A stretch of DNA of 56,542 nt from an uncultured Gammaproteobacteria bacterium. Its GTDB lineage: Bacteria > Patescibacteriota > Microgenomatia > UBA1406 > HO2-37-13b. Position 1 is the first letter of the stretch. Each line of letters starts with the position of its first letter. The position numbers were made by a program, and so were the translations under genes. Where the stretch lies: positions 1-56,542 of the forward strand of contig CAYQYZ010000008.1 of assembly GCA_964422025.1 (NCBI GenBank). Reading direction: 5' to 3'. The notes under the pieces were generated by a model. It was not told the DNA's origin. It searched no databases and saw only the letters and a program-made list of their open reading frames with translations. Of this stretch, positions 44,631-54,297 are shown in pieces.

Positions 44631-45968
44631 ATGGACTCAATTCGTTTTTTGGGGGCTGCAGGAACGGTGACTGGATCTTCATACGTAATTCAAAAAGAAT
44701 CAGGCAAGGGAATTATGGTTGATTTAGGCATGTTTCAGGGGCCATTTCATATTGAAAATTTAAATCGTGCGCCAATTGACTTTTCTGTTCCCGATATTGA
44801 AGGCGTTATTCTTACGCATGCGCATTTAGATCATTGTGGTCGACTTCCGTTACTTGCCAAACTTGGATACACGGGTAAAATTTACATGACAAAACCTACT
44901 CGTGAGCTTATTGAGATTGTTTTACTTGATTCCGCAAAAATTTCACACAGCGAACGAGATGAACCGTTATACACCGAAGAAGACGTGCAAAGAATTCTGG
45001 ATATGTCCGCCGTTGTAGATTACCATGCTCCATTTGAAATTGGAGGATACGGAATTACGATGTATGATGCCGGGCACATTTTAGGATCGGCAAGTGTGGT
45101 TATTAATGGAGCTCAAAAAATGGTATTTAGCGGAGATTTGGGAAATAGTCCTGAAGAATTGTTGCACGCAACTGAAAAAATTGCAACCGCCGATGTTGTA
45201 GTCATGGAATCAACCTATGGTGACAGAACTCATCATGTAGAAGATACCGATGAAATGTTGCTAAACGAAATCAATGCAATAGAAAAAAATGGAGGCGTAC
45301 TTTTAATTCCAGCATTCTCGATAGAGCGAACTCAGGAGATTTTACATAAAATCGATCATCTAAAAAGAGCAAACAAAGTGCTCGCAAAAACTCCTGTTTA
45401 TCTAGACAGTCCCATGGCCATTAAAACAACTTCGGTGTATAAGGAGTTTAGGAATTTATACAGTCCCGAGTTGGTTGATCACGTAAAAAAAGACGATCCA
45501 TTTGATTTTCCTGGTTTGTCACTCGTTGAATCAGTCGAAGAGAGTAAAGCCATTTTGGGAGTATACGGAGCAAAAGTAATTATTGCTGGAAGCGGTATGA
45601 TGAGCGGTGGAAGAATTATGTATCATGCACTCGAATATTTAAGCTATCGATCATCACGGCTTTTTATTGTTGGGTATCAGGGTGAGGGAACACTCGGACG
45701 AGATATTCTTGATGGCGCGCGAGTAGTGACTATCAAAGGTAGAAAAGTACAAGTGAATGCAACCGTAACACATTCTTCAGGAATGAGCGCCCATGCCGAT
45801 CAACCAAGACTTCTTAATTGGTTTAATTCGATTGAAAGTGTAAAGCGACTTATTTTAACGCATGGGGAAGATGGTCCGCGAACACATTTAAAGCAGAAAA
45901 TTAACGAAGATAAAACTTCTCTCACAATCGACACACCGCACTTGAACGAAACGATTAGTTTGACGTAA
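44631..45968 (+). CDS. MBL-fold beta-CASP ribonuclease (YSH1/TTHA0252-like)
   Basis: THAHLDHCG, AGHILG, SGDLG, ESTYG, PAFSIERTQE, SAHAD, THGE. Confidence 0.93.
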   Translation: MDSIRFLGAAGTVTGSSYVIQKESGKGIMVDLGMFQGPFHIENLNRAPIDFSVPDIEGVILTHAHLDHCGRLPLLAKLGYTGKIYMTKPTRELIEIVLLDSAKISHSERDEPLYTEEDVQRILDMSAVVDYHAPFEIGGYGITMYDAGHILGSASVVINGAQKMVFSGDLGNSPEELLHATEKIATADVVVMESTYGDRTHHVEDTDEMLLNEINAIEKNGGVLLIPAFSIERTQEILHKIDHLKRANKVLAKTPVYLDSPMAIKTTSVYKEFRNLYSPELVDHVKKDDPFDFPGLSLVESVEESKAILGVYGAKVIIAGSGMMSGGRIMYHALEYLSYRSSRLFIVGYQGEGTLGRDILDGARVVTIKGRKVQVNATVTHSSGMSAHADQPRLLNWFNSIESVKRLILTHGEDGPRTHLKQKINEDKTSLTIDTPHLNETISLT

Positions 45969-46953
45969 AGAACTCCAGATCTCTTTTTAATACTGTTGCA
46001 TTCGCTCCACGAGAAAAATTATGATCCTCATTTTGATACGTATAAAATACGTGAGGAATTTTTGACAAAGTTAATTCTCTATCAAGATTCACGCTCCATT
46101 CATACGGAACTGATTCATCATCAGTACCGTGATGCATAATTATTTTAGACTTAATAAACTGAACATTTTTACTTGGCGATAACTTTATAAAATCATCAGC
46201 CGAGAAAAATTTATACACTAGTTCTTTTGTTTTTTCATAATTTGCTGAGTCGCGAGTCTTTAAAAAATACAACATGCTTTCCGGATACGGCGCACTTACC
46301 GGCGCCCATAAACTTGCCGCTTTAATTTTTGACCCTGCAACTTCCAGGACCTTAAGAGAAATATCGCCGCCCATTGAGTGACTCCACATGAAAATATCCC
46401 GCTTACTCTCCGCAATGGTTGGAGAGAGTGATGACAGGGAAGCGATTAAATTCAAAACATCAATTGGATAACTCAGCCTATTAAGGGAATCGGTTTTATC
46501 ACCTTCTGAGTTTCCATTAGCTCGATAATCGGGCTTTAAGACAATAAAGCCTTTATTTGCAAAGTAGTCAAAAGTATTTTTGTAAGAATAGACCGTTGAA
46601 TAATTTCCAGGTTCAATGTATCCATGATTTAATATAAGAAATGGGGAATTTGATTTAACATCTTTGGGTACACTTAGTAATGCATAAAGTTTATTTTCGT
46701 CTGAATTGTATGAGATAACATAGGCTTCAAATATTTCATTGTCATACGCTTTTGACTCGATGGTTATTGTGCTCTTCATATATTCTCTCTTTCGCAACGA
46801 TTCAATGGTGAAAGGTGTGCTAATATTTGTTATTGGCGCGCTTGTCGGAACAGTTAGCGTGTCATTCTGTAGCGGAGGTTTTGAGAAGTCGGATTTGAAG
46901 AATATAATAAGGGGAGCCGTAAATAGAGCTAATAAAACCAACAGTGCTTTCAT
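45955..46953 (-). CDS. Exported alpha/beta hydrolase (prolyl oligopeptidase-like)
   Basis: Signal/anchor, LNHGYI, PDYRANG, SHSMGG nucleophile, HHGTDDESVP, EDH. Confidence 0.88.
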   Translation of the reverse strand: MKALLVLLALFTAPLIIFFKSDFSKPPLQNDTLTVPTSAPITNISTPFTIESLRKREYMKSTITIESKAYDNEIFEAYVISYNSDENKLYALLSVPKDVKSNSPFLILNHGYIEPGNYSTVYSYKNTFDYFANKGFIVLKPDYRANGNSEGDKTDSLNRLSYPIDVLNLIASLSSLSPTIAESKRDIFMWSHSMGGDISLKVLEVAGSKIKAASLWAPVSAPYPESMLYFLKTRDSANYEKTKELVYKFFSADDFIKLSPSKNVQFIKSKIIMHHGTDDESVPYEWSVNLDRELTLSKIPHVFYTYQNEDHNFSRGANATVLKRDLEFFTSN

Positions 46954-47021
46954 AAGTGAATAAGTATAGCAAAAAGACCGTCAGTTGTAGAATAAAGCTG
47001 CGTTATATATACTGTATGCAT

Positions 47022-49190
47022 ATGGATCGCGTAGTTTTATTCATCAAAATTCCACCCACAAGCATAGGGCGCGAAGACGCGATGGATAATTTCCTTCACT
47101 CTCTTCATCGAATTCTTCCTAAAAAAGCCTCCTTAAGTTTAGAAATAGCTTCGAGCGAACAATTTGTACGGTTTTATATTGTTACGAATAGGCAATATAA
47201 ACAACTTATTGAATCGCAGTTATATGCTCAATATCCTGAAGCAGAAGTTGAGCAAATTTCTGACTATTTACCGGTGTCGTTTCAAAATACTGCAGTAACT
47301 CAAATTGATTTCAAGTATTCGAGCTTTTCGCCACTATCGACGTATAAAAAAACACCAGAAAGTTTTATAAAGCTATTGTCCGCAGTTCTTTCAAAGGCAG
47401 AACCATCGGAGCAGGCGATTTTTCAGCTCACATTAAGACGTGTAGGGTCGAGTGTTTTTGATCGTGGACTGTGGGGTGCATATCGCAAACTTTTTAATAA
47501 AGAATTACCAGTAAAAGACCTTGATGCAACACCGGATAAATTTTCACAAGATTTATTTGCGGGAAAATTACGCATAGCATATACAGCGCAAATCAGATCG
47601 ACGGCAGAGTATAAATTAAATGTTTTAGTTAATTTATTAAAACATGCTAAGGGGGCAAATGAGTTAAAGAAGCGCAAATTTTTAGTTCCTAAAAATCTTG
47701 TGGATTTGTTTAAAACCCGAACTCTTACGAGTGTTGATTATTGGAATACTGCTGAGCTTGCCACGCTATATCACTTTCCTTACGAGGGTAGTTTGGTGAC
47801 TAATATTGTACAAACAACATCGAAACGTGCACCAGCGCCTGATATTTTACCAACAGTTTCAAATACTGATCCTTTGGAACTTTCACTTATTGGTGAAACA
47901 AATTATCGAAACGATAATAAAAAATTCGGTATTAAGCGAATCGACAGACGTCGTCATTTGTATGTAGTCGGAAAAACAGGAAGTGGAAAAAGTAAATTAC
48001 TGGAACTTTTACTAATATCAGATTTGCAAAATGGAAAAGGGTGCTGCTTAATTGATCCTCATGGTGATTTGGCCATGGAAATTATGACGTACATTCCGCA
48101 AAATCGAATTAATGATGTTGTCTACATTGATCCGACTGATCGAAATTTTCCAATCGGATTTAATCCACTTGAGCCGGTCGCTGATAATGAAATTCGCCAA
48201 CAATTGTCAACATTTTTTATTGCAATTTTCAAAAAACTTTTTGAAGCAACGTGGAATCCGCGCATGGAACATTTAATCCGCTACATTACGCTTGCTCTTT
48301 TGGAAACTCCTGATTCGAGTGTTTTGGGAATTGCAAGAATTTTGTCGGACACTACATATCGACAAAGAGTAATTCAACAAATTAATGATCCTGTTGTGAA
48401 AGCATTTTGGACAAATGAATTCACTCCTTCAGATCCGCAATTATCACGTGAAGCAATAACACCGATATTAAACAAAGTTGGGCAATTTATTGCAAACCCT
48501 GTTGTTCGAAATATTGTAGGCCAACGCAAAAATGTGTTGGATTTTGAAAAATTTATGAATGATGGGAAAATTGTCATCATTAACTTATCGAAAGGGAAGT
48601 TGGGCGATGAGAATACTGCACTTTTAGGATCAATGTTCATTACAAAAATTCAACAAGCTGCGCTGAGCCGGGCAAAGGTACCCGAACAGCAACGACGGGA
48701 TTTTTATTTTTACATTGATGAATTTCAAAACTTTGCAACTGATGCCTTTTCAAGTATTTTATCGGAAGCCCGAAAGTATCATTTGAATTTAACGATAGCT
48801 CATCAATACATTGCGCAACTTCCCGATGATGTAAAAGCGACAACGTTTGGAAATGTTGGAACCATTATTAGTTTTGGTATTGGTGCGGATGACGCGGCAT
48901 ATTTAGCAAAAGAATTTTCACCCACATTCACGGGCGATGACTTGATTAATTTAAATTCGCGAGAGATGTATATAAAGATGTCGATTGACGGAAAATTGTC
49001 ACCATCATTTTCGGCAAAAACATTGCCGGTAAGTCCATCGAGCCAAGATAATACTCAAAAAATAATTGATAATTCTCGACTGAAATATGCGCAAAATAAA
49101 ACGAAAGTGGAAAATGATATTGCACAGTGGTCAGCAAGCACAAGCGCAGTCATTTTAAGTGAGGATACATTCCCAGAGCCACTTATTTAA
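47022..49190 (+). CDS. VirD4/TraG/HerA-like ATPase (type IV coupling-protein-like)
   Basis: RRRHLYVVGKTGSGKS Walker A, IDPHGD, YIDEFQNF Walker B, SEARKY, AHQY; ~300-aa N-terminal domain. ORF track start 46956. Confidence 0.88.
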   Translation: MDRVVLFIKIPPTSIGREDAMDNFLHSLHRILPKKASLSLEIASSEQFVRFYIVTNRQYKQLIESQLYAQYPEAEVEQISDYLPVSFQNTAVTQIDFKYSSFSPLSTYKKTPESFIKLLSAVLSKAEPSEQAIFQLTLRRVGSSVFDRGLWGAYRKLFNKELPVKDLDATPDKFSQDLFAGKLRIAYTAQIRSTAEYKLNVLVNLLKHAKGANELKKRKFLVPKNLVDLFKTRTLTSVDYWNTAELATLYHFPYEGSLVTNIVQTTSKRAPAPDILPTVSNTDPLELSLIGETNYRNDNKKFGIKRIDRRRHLYVVGKTGSGKSKLLELLLISDLQNGKGCCLIDPHGDLAMEIMTYIPQNRINDVVYIDPTDRNFPIGFNPLEPVADNEIRQQLSTFFIAIFKKLFEATWNPRMEHLIRYITLALLETPDSSVLGIARILSDTTYRQRVIQQINDPVVKAFWTNEFTPSDPQLSREAITPILNKVGQFIANPVVRNIVGQRKNVLDFEKFMNDGKIVIINLSKGKLGDENTALLGSMFITKIQQAALSRAKVPEQQRRDFYFYIDEFQNFATDAFSSILSEARKYHLNLTIAHQYIAQLPDDVKATTFGNVGTIISFGIGADDAAYLAKEFSPTFTGDDLINLNSREMYIKMSIDGKLSPSFSAKTLPVSPSSQDNTQKIIDNSRLKYAQNKTKVENDIAQWSASTSAVILSEDTFPEPLI

Positions 49191-50116
49191 CTGGTGAATC
49201 TTATAGTTCCCCAATCAAGTTTTTGTTGTTGAAGTTGTGTAAAAATATCTGTCCTCACCCGTTCATAATCTTCCTTCAATAATTGTCGATTTAAAACGCA
49301 ATATTGCTTATTCGATAAAGATACGCAACCAAGACAGTCCTTAACGTTAGTACAATTGAATAAATATGAACTGTCGTGGCATCCGTTGGAATTCACCATA
49401 TACGCGCAATTAAAATCTTCTCCAGAATCAACGAGCTCATATGAAACTTGATTATTTTGAGAAGCGTATGTGGCGTCATAGCAGCCTTTATTATAGAAGC
49501 TGTCATATATATATGCGCAATCTTCATTATGTGCCGCATCAAAACTTAAATAGCAATTTTTGCTGAAATGTACGTAATTTCCATATGAAGAATTTTCATT
49601 ATGCATTTCAATTGTTTGCGTTACGGGGTATCGTTGTTTTAATTCTTCAACAATAGCGAGAACTTTTTCTACAGGCCAACTTTTATATATAGCTACTTTT
49701 TCACGATATTCACTTTCAGAAAATTGTCGATTAAAAATGCAGAATGATTTATTTTGTAAATGTACGCAACCAAAGACATCGTGGCAATTCATACTATCGT
49801 ATACATAGTTGCTGTCGCGGATGTTCCCACAATACTCAACGTAAGTGGTATTAAAGCACTTGTGACCGTCAACGCTTTCGTAGGTCAGCTCACATTCTGA
49901 ACAATAATCACAATCAAGCAAATTTGCCGACATGTAAGAATCATAAGTATAAATGCAATCAGAACTGCTTGCACAATCAAAACAAAACGAAAGATTTTTA
50001 CTTTGATATATTTTATCCCCGTAATCACTGTTCTCAGACCCTACAATCGTAGCGGGAACGTGAGGAAATTTTAAAAGTAATGCATTTACTTCTTCAAAAA
50101 ATATGTGAAGTTTCAT
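49187..50116 (-). CDS. Cys-rich tandem-repeat protein with internal duplication
   Basis: 20 Cys in 309 aa; two ~150-aa units each ENS.YG...SKN...FD...DC.Y.YDS...GCV.L.NK..C..NRQ...Y. ORF track start 50140. Confidence 0.8.
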   Translation of the reverse strand: MKLHIFFEEVNALLLKFPHVPATIVGSENSDYGDKIYQSKNLSFCFDCASSSDCIYTYDSYMSANLLDCDYCSECELTYESVDGHKCFNTTYVEYCGNIRDSNYVYDSMNCHDVFGCVHLQNKSFCIFNRQFSESEYREKVAIYKSWPVEKVLAIVEELKQRYPVTQTIEMHNENSSYGNYVHFSKNCYLSFDAAHNEDCAYIYDSFYNKGCYDATYASQNNQVSYELVDSGEDFNCAYMVNSNGCHDSSYLFNCTNVKDCLGCVSLSNKQYCVLNRQLLKEDYERVRTDIFTQLQQQKLDWGTIRFTS

Positions 50117-50117
50117 A

Positions 50118-50423
50118 TCAGATTTCTGGCAATGGTTCACTTATGATCGGATCGTTTTCTTGGAAATAGCGCTCGTAATCTTCTTTACAAAGAATAGTGC
50201 TCTTTGTTTTTGTTGGATCGTACGATGTAATAATTTCTTTATCGCATTTTTGGCACCGTGCTCGATACAACGTACGACCGCCTCGCAAGGTTAGTCGGCG
50301 TAATTGGCGGCACGCTGGGCATTTTGTTGGAAGTGGTAAGTTTTTCTGCTGTAGAAATTGCTGTTCACGGTCAAGGACAAGAAACTGCTTGGAGCACGAT
50401 GCGCAGGTTTGAGTTGTGTTCAT
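50118..50423 (-). CDS. Zinc-ribbon protein (zf-trcl-like)
   Basis: CASC...CPAC.RQLRRL, CQKC...C; ends 1 nt before the Cys-rich gene start. Confidence 0.8.
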   Translation of the reverse strand: MNTTQTCASCSKQFLVLDREQQFLQQKNLPLPTKCPACRQLRRLTLRGGRTLYRARCQKCDKEIITSYDPTKTKSTILCKEDYERYFQENDPIISEPLPEI

Positions 50424-50464
50424 TGCGAATCAGTATAGAGTACGAGACCGTAGAATTCAATTAC

Positions 50465-51061
50465 TTAGTCGCGACTTACTGCTGTTTGTTTTACCAGTTT
50501 TGCACTTTGGACTATTTGATACATTTCTCCTTCTCGAACCATAATCTGGTTAGTTTGTGCAACATCACGATATTGCAGCAAGAATTTTGACAGTGCTTTG
50601 TCAAGGTCGCGAACTTCGGAAGTAAGTTCTTTTAATTTTTGCTTTGCTTCAATAACTGCGCTGGTTCCTGCAAGTTGTTCTTTGATTTTATTTGACTCCA
50701 TCTTAAGCGACTTCATTTTTTCTTCGCTTTCGGCTAAAGTTTTGTCATTCGCAAATGTATCGGTAATCATTTCTTTGTATTGCTTCATTTCTTCGCGCTT
50801 AGATTGGACTCCCTGATAATAGGTCTTAATAGTCTGCTCAAGGTCTAAAAGTTCACTTGCTTCGTTTAATTGCTCTTTTGCTTGCTCTTGAATTTCTTGG
50901 GGACTAACGAGTTCGATTTCAGCGTCGTCAACGGTTTCGATTCCATCTTCTAGAACTTCTCCATCTAGTGCCGGTTCTTCTGTAACTTGTTCGTCAGTTG
51001 TTGGTTCCTCTATGACCGGCTCCTCAACATCATCATTCTGTTTAGTTGTTGCATCATCCAT
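50465..51061 (-). CDS. Hypothetical protein, acidic disordered N-terminus and long coiled coil
   Basis: D/E-rich first ~60 aa, then heptad-rich helix. ORF track start 51100. Confidence 0.7.
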   Translation of the reverse strand: MDDATTKQNDDVEEPVIEEPTTDEQVTEEPALDGEVLEDGIETVDDAEIELVSPQEIQEQAKEQLNEASELLDLEQTIKTYYQGVQSKREEMKQYKEMITDTFANDKTLAESEEKMKSLKMESNKIKEQLAGTSAVIEAKQKLKELTSEVRDLDKALSKFLLQYRDVAQTNQIMVREGEMYQIVQSAKLVKQTAVSRD

Positions 51062-51160
51062 AAGTTCTTCACTATACTTTACGTGCATGGTAAAAGTCAA
51101 GACAGATTTATCCTATAGGATTATCTAGTTTGATATGGTATACTGATTATTCCTAACTAT

Positions 51161-51658
51161 ATGACTATCGAAGTAGAAGATAAAAAAGGCGGTATTGTTG
51201 ATGAGCTTTCAAAAAAAGCCACGATTTGGATCGGTACTCCTACTTCCATCATGGTCCATACATTTCTATTTTTTGGCATTTTTGGATTGTCAATTTTTGG
51301 CCTCACCCTAAATCAGATTTTGCTTATTTTAACCACTGCGGTCTCGCTTGAAGCTATTTACTTAGCAATTTTCATTCAAATGACGGTTAATCAACACACC
51401 GAAAGTTTGGAAAATGTTGAAGATGATATTGAAGAAATTCAAGAAGACATTGACGAGCTTGAACAAGACGTTGATGATTTGGAAGAAGATAGCGATCTCA
51501 TACAGAAAGACGTAGAAGAACTTTCGGGCGATATTGTTCCGGGTGGAAAAATGGGAACTGCCGATGCGCTACAACATATTCAAAAAAACCTACAGGTACT
51601 TACAAAATCTCTTTCTGAAATTCAAAAAGACATCGACTCACTTAAGGCTGGAAAATAA
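51161..51658 (+). CDS. DUF1003 family membrane protein with acidic coiled-coil tail
   Basis: WIGTPTSIMVHT, LTTAVSLEAIYLAIFIQM, heptads DDIEEIQEDIDELEQDVDDLEED. Confidence 0.8.
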   Translation: MTIEVEDKKGGIVDELSKKATIWIGTPTSIMVHTFLFFGIFGLSIFGLTLNQILLILTTAVSLEAIYLAIFIQMTVNQHTESLENVEDDIEEIQEDIDELEQDVDDLEEDSDLIQKDVEELSGDIVPGGKMGTADALQHIQKNLQVLTKSLSEIQKDIDSLKAGK

Positions 51659-51675
51659 CTTCTGATTATTGTAGC

Positions 51676-52416
51676 ATGGAAGTAATGTATAGGAAGTATT
51701 TGTATGGGAAAATTGCAGTTTCGGTAGCATGCGCGTTTTCATTAATGCTGGTAGTTTCGAACAATTTTTTGGTGTACGGACAAGATGCAAATACGAACGC
51801 GAATGTATTAGGCGCGTACTTTACACCAACACGTAGAGCCGTACCTACCACTCAGATTGTTACGTCAATGCGAAGAGTAATTTCTCCAACGAGAACGCCG
51901 ACCAAATCGCCGTCTATGACTCCCACCAAGTCACCGACAAAAACTCCAACAAGAGTACCTACAAGCACATCGACGAGCGTTCCTACAACAAAGCCAGCAG
52001 AACCCACAAATCCGCCCGCCGCAAATACACAAACCAACCAACCGGGAAACTCTGGACTTGAATCTCAAACCGTCTCGCTCATTAACGCCGAACGCAAGAA
52101 GCAGAATATGGGTGAATTAAGTACTGACGGTGCACTTACTAATGCCGCACGTCGTCACGCGGCTGACATGTGTAATAACAACCACTTCAGTCACACGGGT
52201 ACCGATGGATCCGACTTTACCAAACGAGCAAAAGATGCGGGTTACGGTGGATTTGCCAATGGGGAAGTGATTGGTTGGCAACATACTTCAGCAGAGTCAA
52301 TATTTAACGGTTGGATGCAGAGTCCGCCACACCATGACATTATTTTGAATTCTTCAGTAACAAAAATCGGGGTTGGATGGAGCGGGAATTGTGTTGTAGG
52401 AGTTGTGGGGAGTTAA
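51676..52416 (+). CDS. CAP (SCP-like) domain secreted protein with Pro/Thr-rich linker
   Basis: LINAER, AARRHAADM, FSHTGTDG, GEVI, WMQSPPHHDIIL, IGVG. Confidence 0.92.
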   Translation: MEVMYRKYLYGKIAVSVACAFSLMLVVSNNFLVYGQDANTNANVLGAYFTPTRRAVPTTQIVTSMRRVISPTRTPTKSPSMTPTKSPTKTPTRVPTSTSTSVPTTKPAEPTNPPAANTQTNQPGNSGLESQTVSLINAERKKQNMGELSTDGALTNAARRHAADMCNNNHFSHTGTDGSDFTKRAKDAGYGGFANGEVIGWQHTSAESIFNGWMQSPPHHDIILNSSVTKIGVGWSGNCVVGVVGS

Positions 52417-52419
52417 TGT

Positions 52420-54291
52420 ATGCGACATACCATTGATCATATTCAGAAACTTTCGACTTTAATGCGTTATTTGGTACTTACTTCGACCACTCACGCGGGA
52501 AGTGGGCATCCGACATCGTGCTTGTCGGCAGTAGAACTTACTTCCACGCTCTTTTACGGCGGTTTTTTTCATTATGATTTGACCAACAAACATAATCCCC
52601 ATAATGATCGACTTATCTTTTCAAAAGGGCACGCAGCTCCTCTGTTTTATGCCTTGTGGGCAGGGGCCGATGCGATTGATAGTGCGCAAATGAGTACGCT
52701 GCGCGAATTTGGAAGTAATTTGGAAGGTCACCCTACGCTCAATTTTCCATATACCGATGTTGCAACCGGATCACTTGGACAGGGTTTGGGAGTAGGGGCC
52801 GGAATGGCAATTAATGCAAAATATTTAGAAAAAAACAACGCGCATATTTATGTGTTATTAGGTGATGGGGAGCTTGAGGAAGGTTCAAATTGGGAAGCAG
52901 TTGATTGCGCGGCTCATTATAAACTCGACAATCTTACTGCGCTTGTCGATGTAAGTCGACTCGAACAAGCAGGGCAAAGTATGTTTGGTTGGGACCTAAA
53001 AAAATATAAAAATAAATTTGAAGCACTTGGGTGGGACACCTTAATCGTCCATAATGGACATGACGTCTCCACTCTTCTACATACCTATCAAAAGCGTTTA
53101 AAAATGCACAAAAAACCTGTAGCTATTATCGCCAAGACTATTAAGGGGGCAGGAGTGTCGTTTTTAGAGAATAAGGAGGGTTGGCATGGGAAAGCGCTTT
53201 CACAAGCGGAACTTGCGATGGCAATAAATGATTTGGGAAACGTAGATGTGAATATTAGAGGGGCAGTCTTACCCGTTCCACCGGTTCGCAAAACGAGTGA
53301 AGAAACGATACTTTCAAAACTCGAAACACTCGCAAACACCACCAAATCAATTACATATGCAAAAGGCGAAATGCTCGCAACACGTCAAGCCTACGGAAAT
53401 GCGTTAGTTCGAATTGAGAAGAAGTATCCAAAAATGGTCGTTATGGATGCCGGGATGGGAAATTCAACTTTTTCAGAATTATTTCAGCAAAAATTTCCCG
53501 ATCGTTTTTTTGAAATGTATATTGCCGAACAAAATATGGTTTCGGTTGCAATGGGAATGAGCGCAAGTGGTAAAATACCGTTTATTTCCACATTCGGATC
53601 GTTTTTAACCCGCGCACATGATCAATTTCGCATGGCACAATACTCATTATCAAATATAAAAATTGCAGGTTCGCATGTGGGTGTATCTATCGGGCCCGAC
53701 GGTGCGTCGCAAATGGGGTTGGAAGATATTGCCATGTTTCGGGGACTTATAGATAGTGTTGTTCTGTATCCAAGCGACGCCGTAAGTTGCGACAAGCTCG
53801 TTGAAGAAACTGCACGCTATGTTGGAATTTCATATTTACGATTAACACGTGCACAAACGCCCGTTATTTATAACGCGGCAGACCGATTTGAAATCGGCGG
53901 ATCTAAAACACTGGTTTCATCGGGTAAAGACGCAGTCACAATCGTCGCGGCCGGAATCACACTCCACGAAGCTCTAAAAGCAGTAGCATCTCTTAAAGAG
54001 AAAAAGATTAATGTACGCGTAATCGACCTTTACTCCATCCAACCTATGGATATTAAAACACTCAAAAAAGCCGCAAAAGAAACTAAAGCAATAATAGTTG
54101 TAGAAGATCACTTCAAAGCCGGGGGAATCGGCGAAGCCGTCGCCTCGGCACTTTCTCAAACTCCAACTCCCGTTTACTCACTTTGCGTCACCAAAATGCC
54201 TCGCAGCGGAAAACCTGAAGATCTTCTTTCATACGAATCCATCGATGCAGCTGCAATTGTAATGAAGGTTAAACAGATTGTTGGGAAGTGA
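52420..54291 (+). CDS. tkt: Transketolase
   Basis: GSGHPTSCLS, SKGHA, LEGHP, TGSLGQG, ThDP motif GDGE...N, IAEQNMV, SIGPDGASQ. Confidence 0.95.
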   Translation: MRHTIDHIQKLSTLMRYLVLTSTTHAGSGHPTSCLSAVELTSTLFYGGFFHYDLTNKHNPHNDRLIFSKGHAAPLFYALWAGADAIDSAQMSTLREFGSNLEGHPTLNFPYTDVATGSLGQGLGVGAGMAINAKYLEKNNAHIYVLLGDGELEEGSNWEAVDCAAHYKLDNLTALVDVSRLEQAGQSMFGWDLKKYKNKFEALGWDTLIVHNGHDVSTLLHTYQKRLKMHKKPVAIIAKTIKGAGVSFLENKEGWHGKALSQAELAMAINDLGNVDVNIRGAVLPVPPVRKTSEETILSKLETLANTTKSITYAKGEMLATRQAYGNALVRIEKKYPKMVVMDAGMGNSTFSELFQQKFPDRFFEMYIAEQNMVSVAMGMSASGKIPFISTFGSFLTRAHDQFRMAQYSLSNIKIAGSHVGVSIGPDGASQMGLEDIAMFRGLIDSVVLYPSDAVSCDKLVEETARYVGISYLRLTRAQTPVIYNAADRFEIGGSKTLVSSGKDAVTIVAAGITLHEALKAVASLKEKKINVRVIDLYSIQPMDIKTLKKAAKETKAIIVVEDHFKAGGIGEAVASALSQTPTPVYSLCVTKMPRSGKPEDLLSYESIDAAAIVMKVKQIVGK

Positions 54292-54297
54292 CGATAC

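Noticed and set aside
47022-49190. Conjugative element or ICE
   Set aside because: Only a lone coupling-like ATPase; no relaxase, VirB4, pilin or integrase nearby.
50100-50145. Programmed frameshift fusing the zinc-ribbon and Cys-rich ORFs
   Set aside because: No slippery heptamer or stimulatory structure at the junction; TGA-T-ATG is a normal coupled stop/start.
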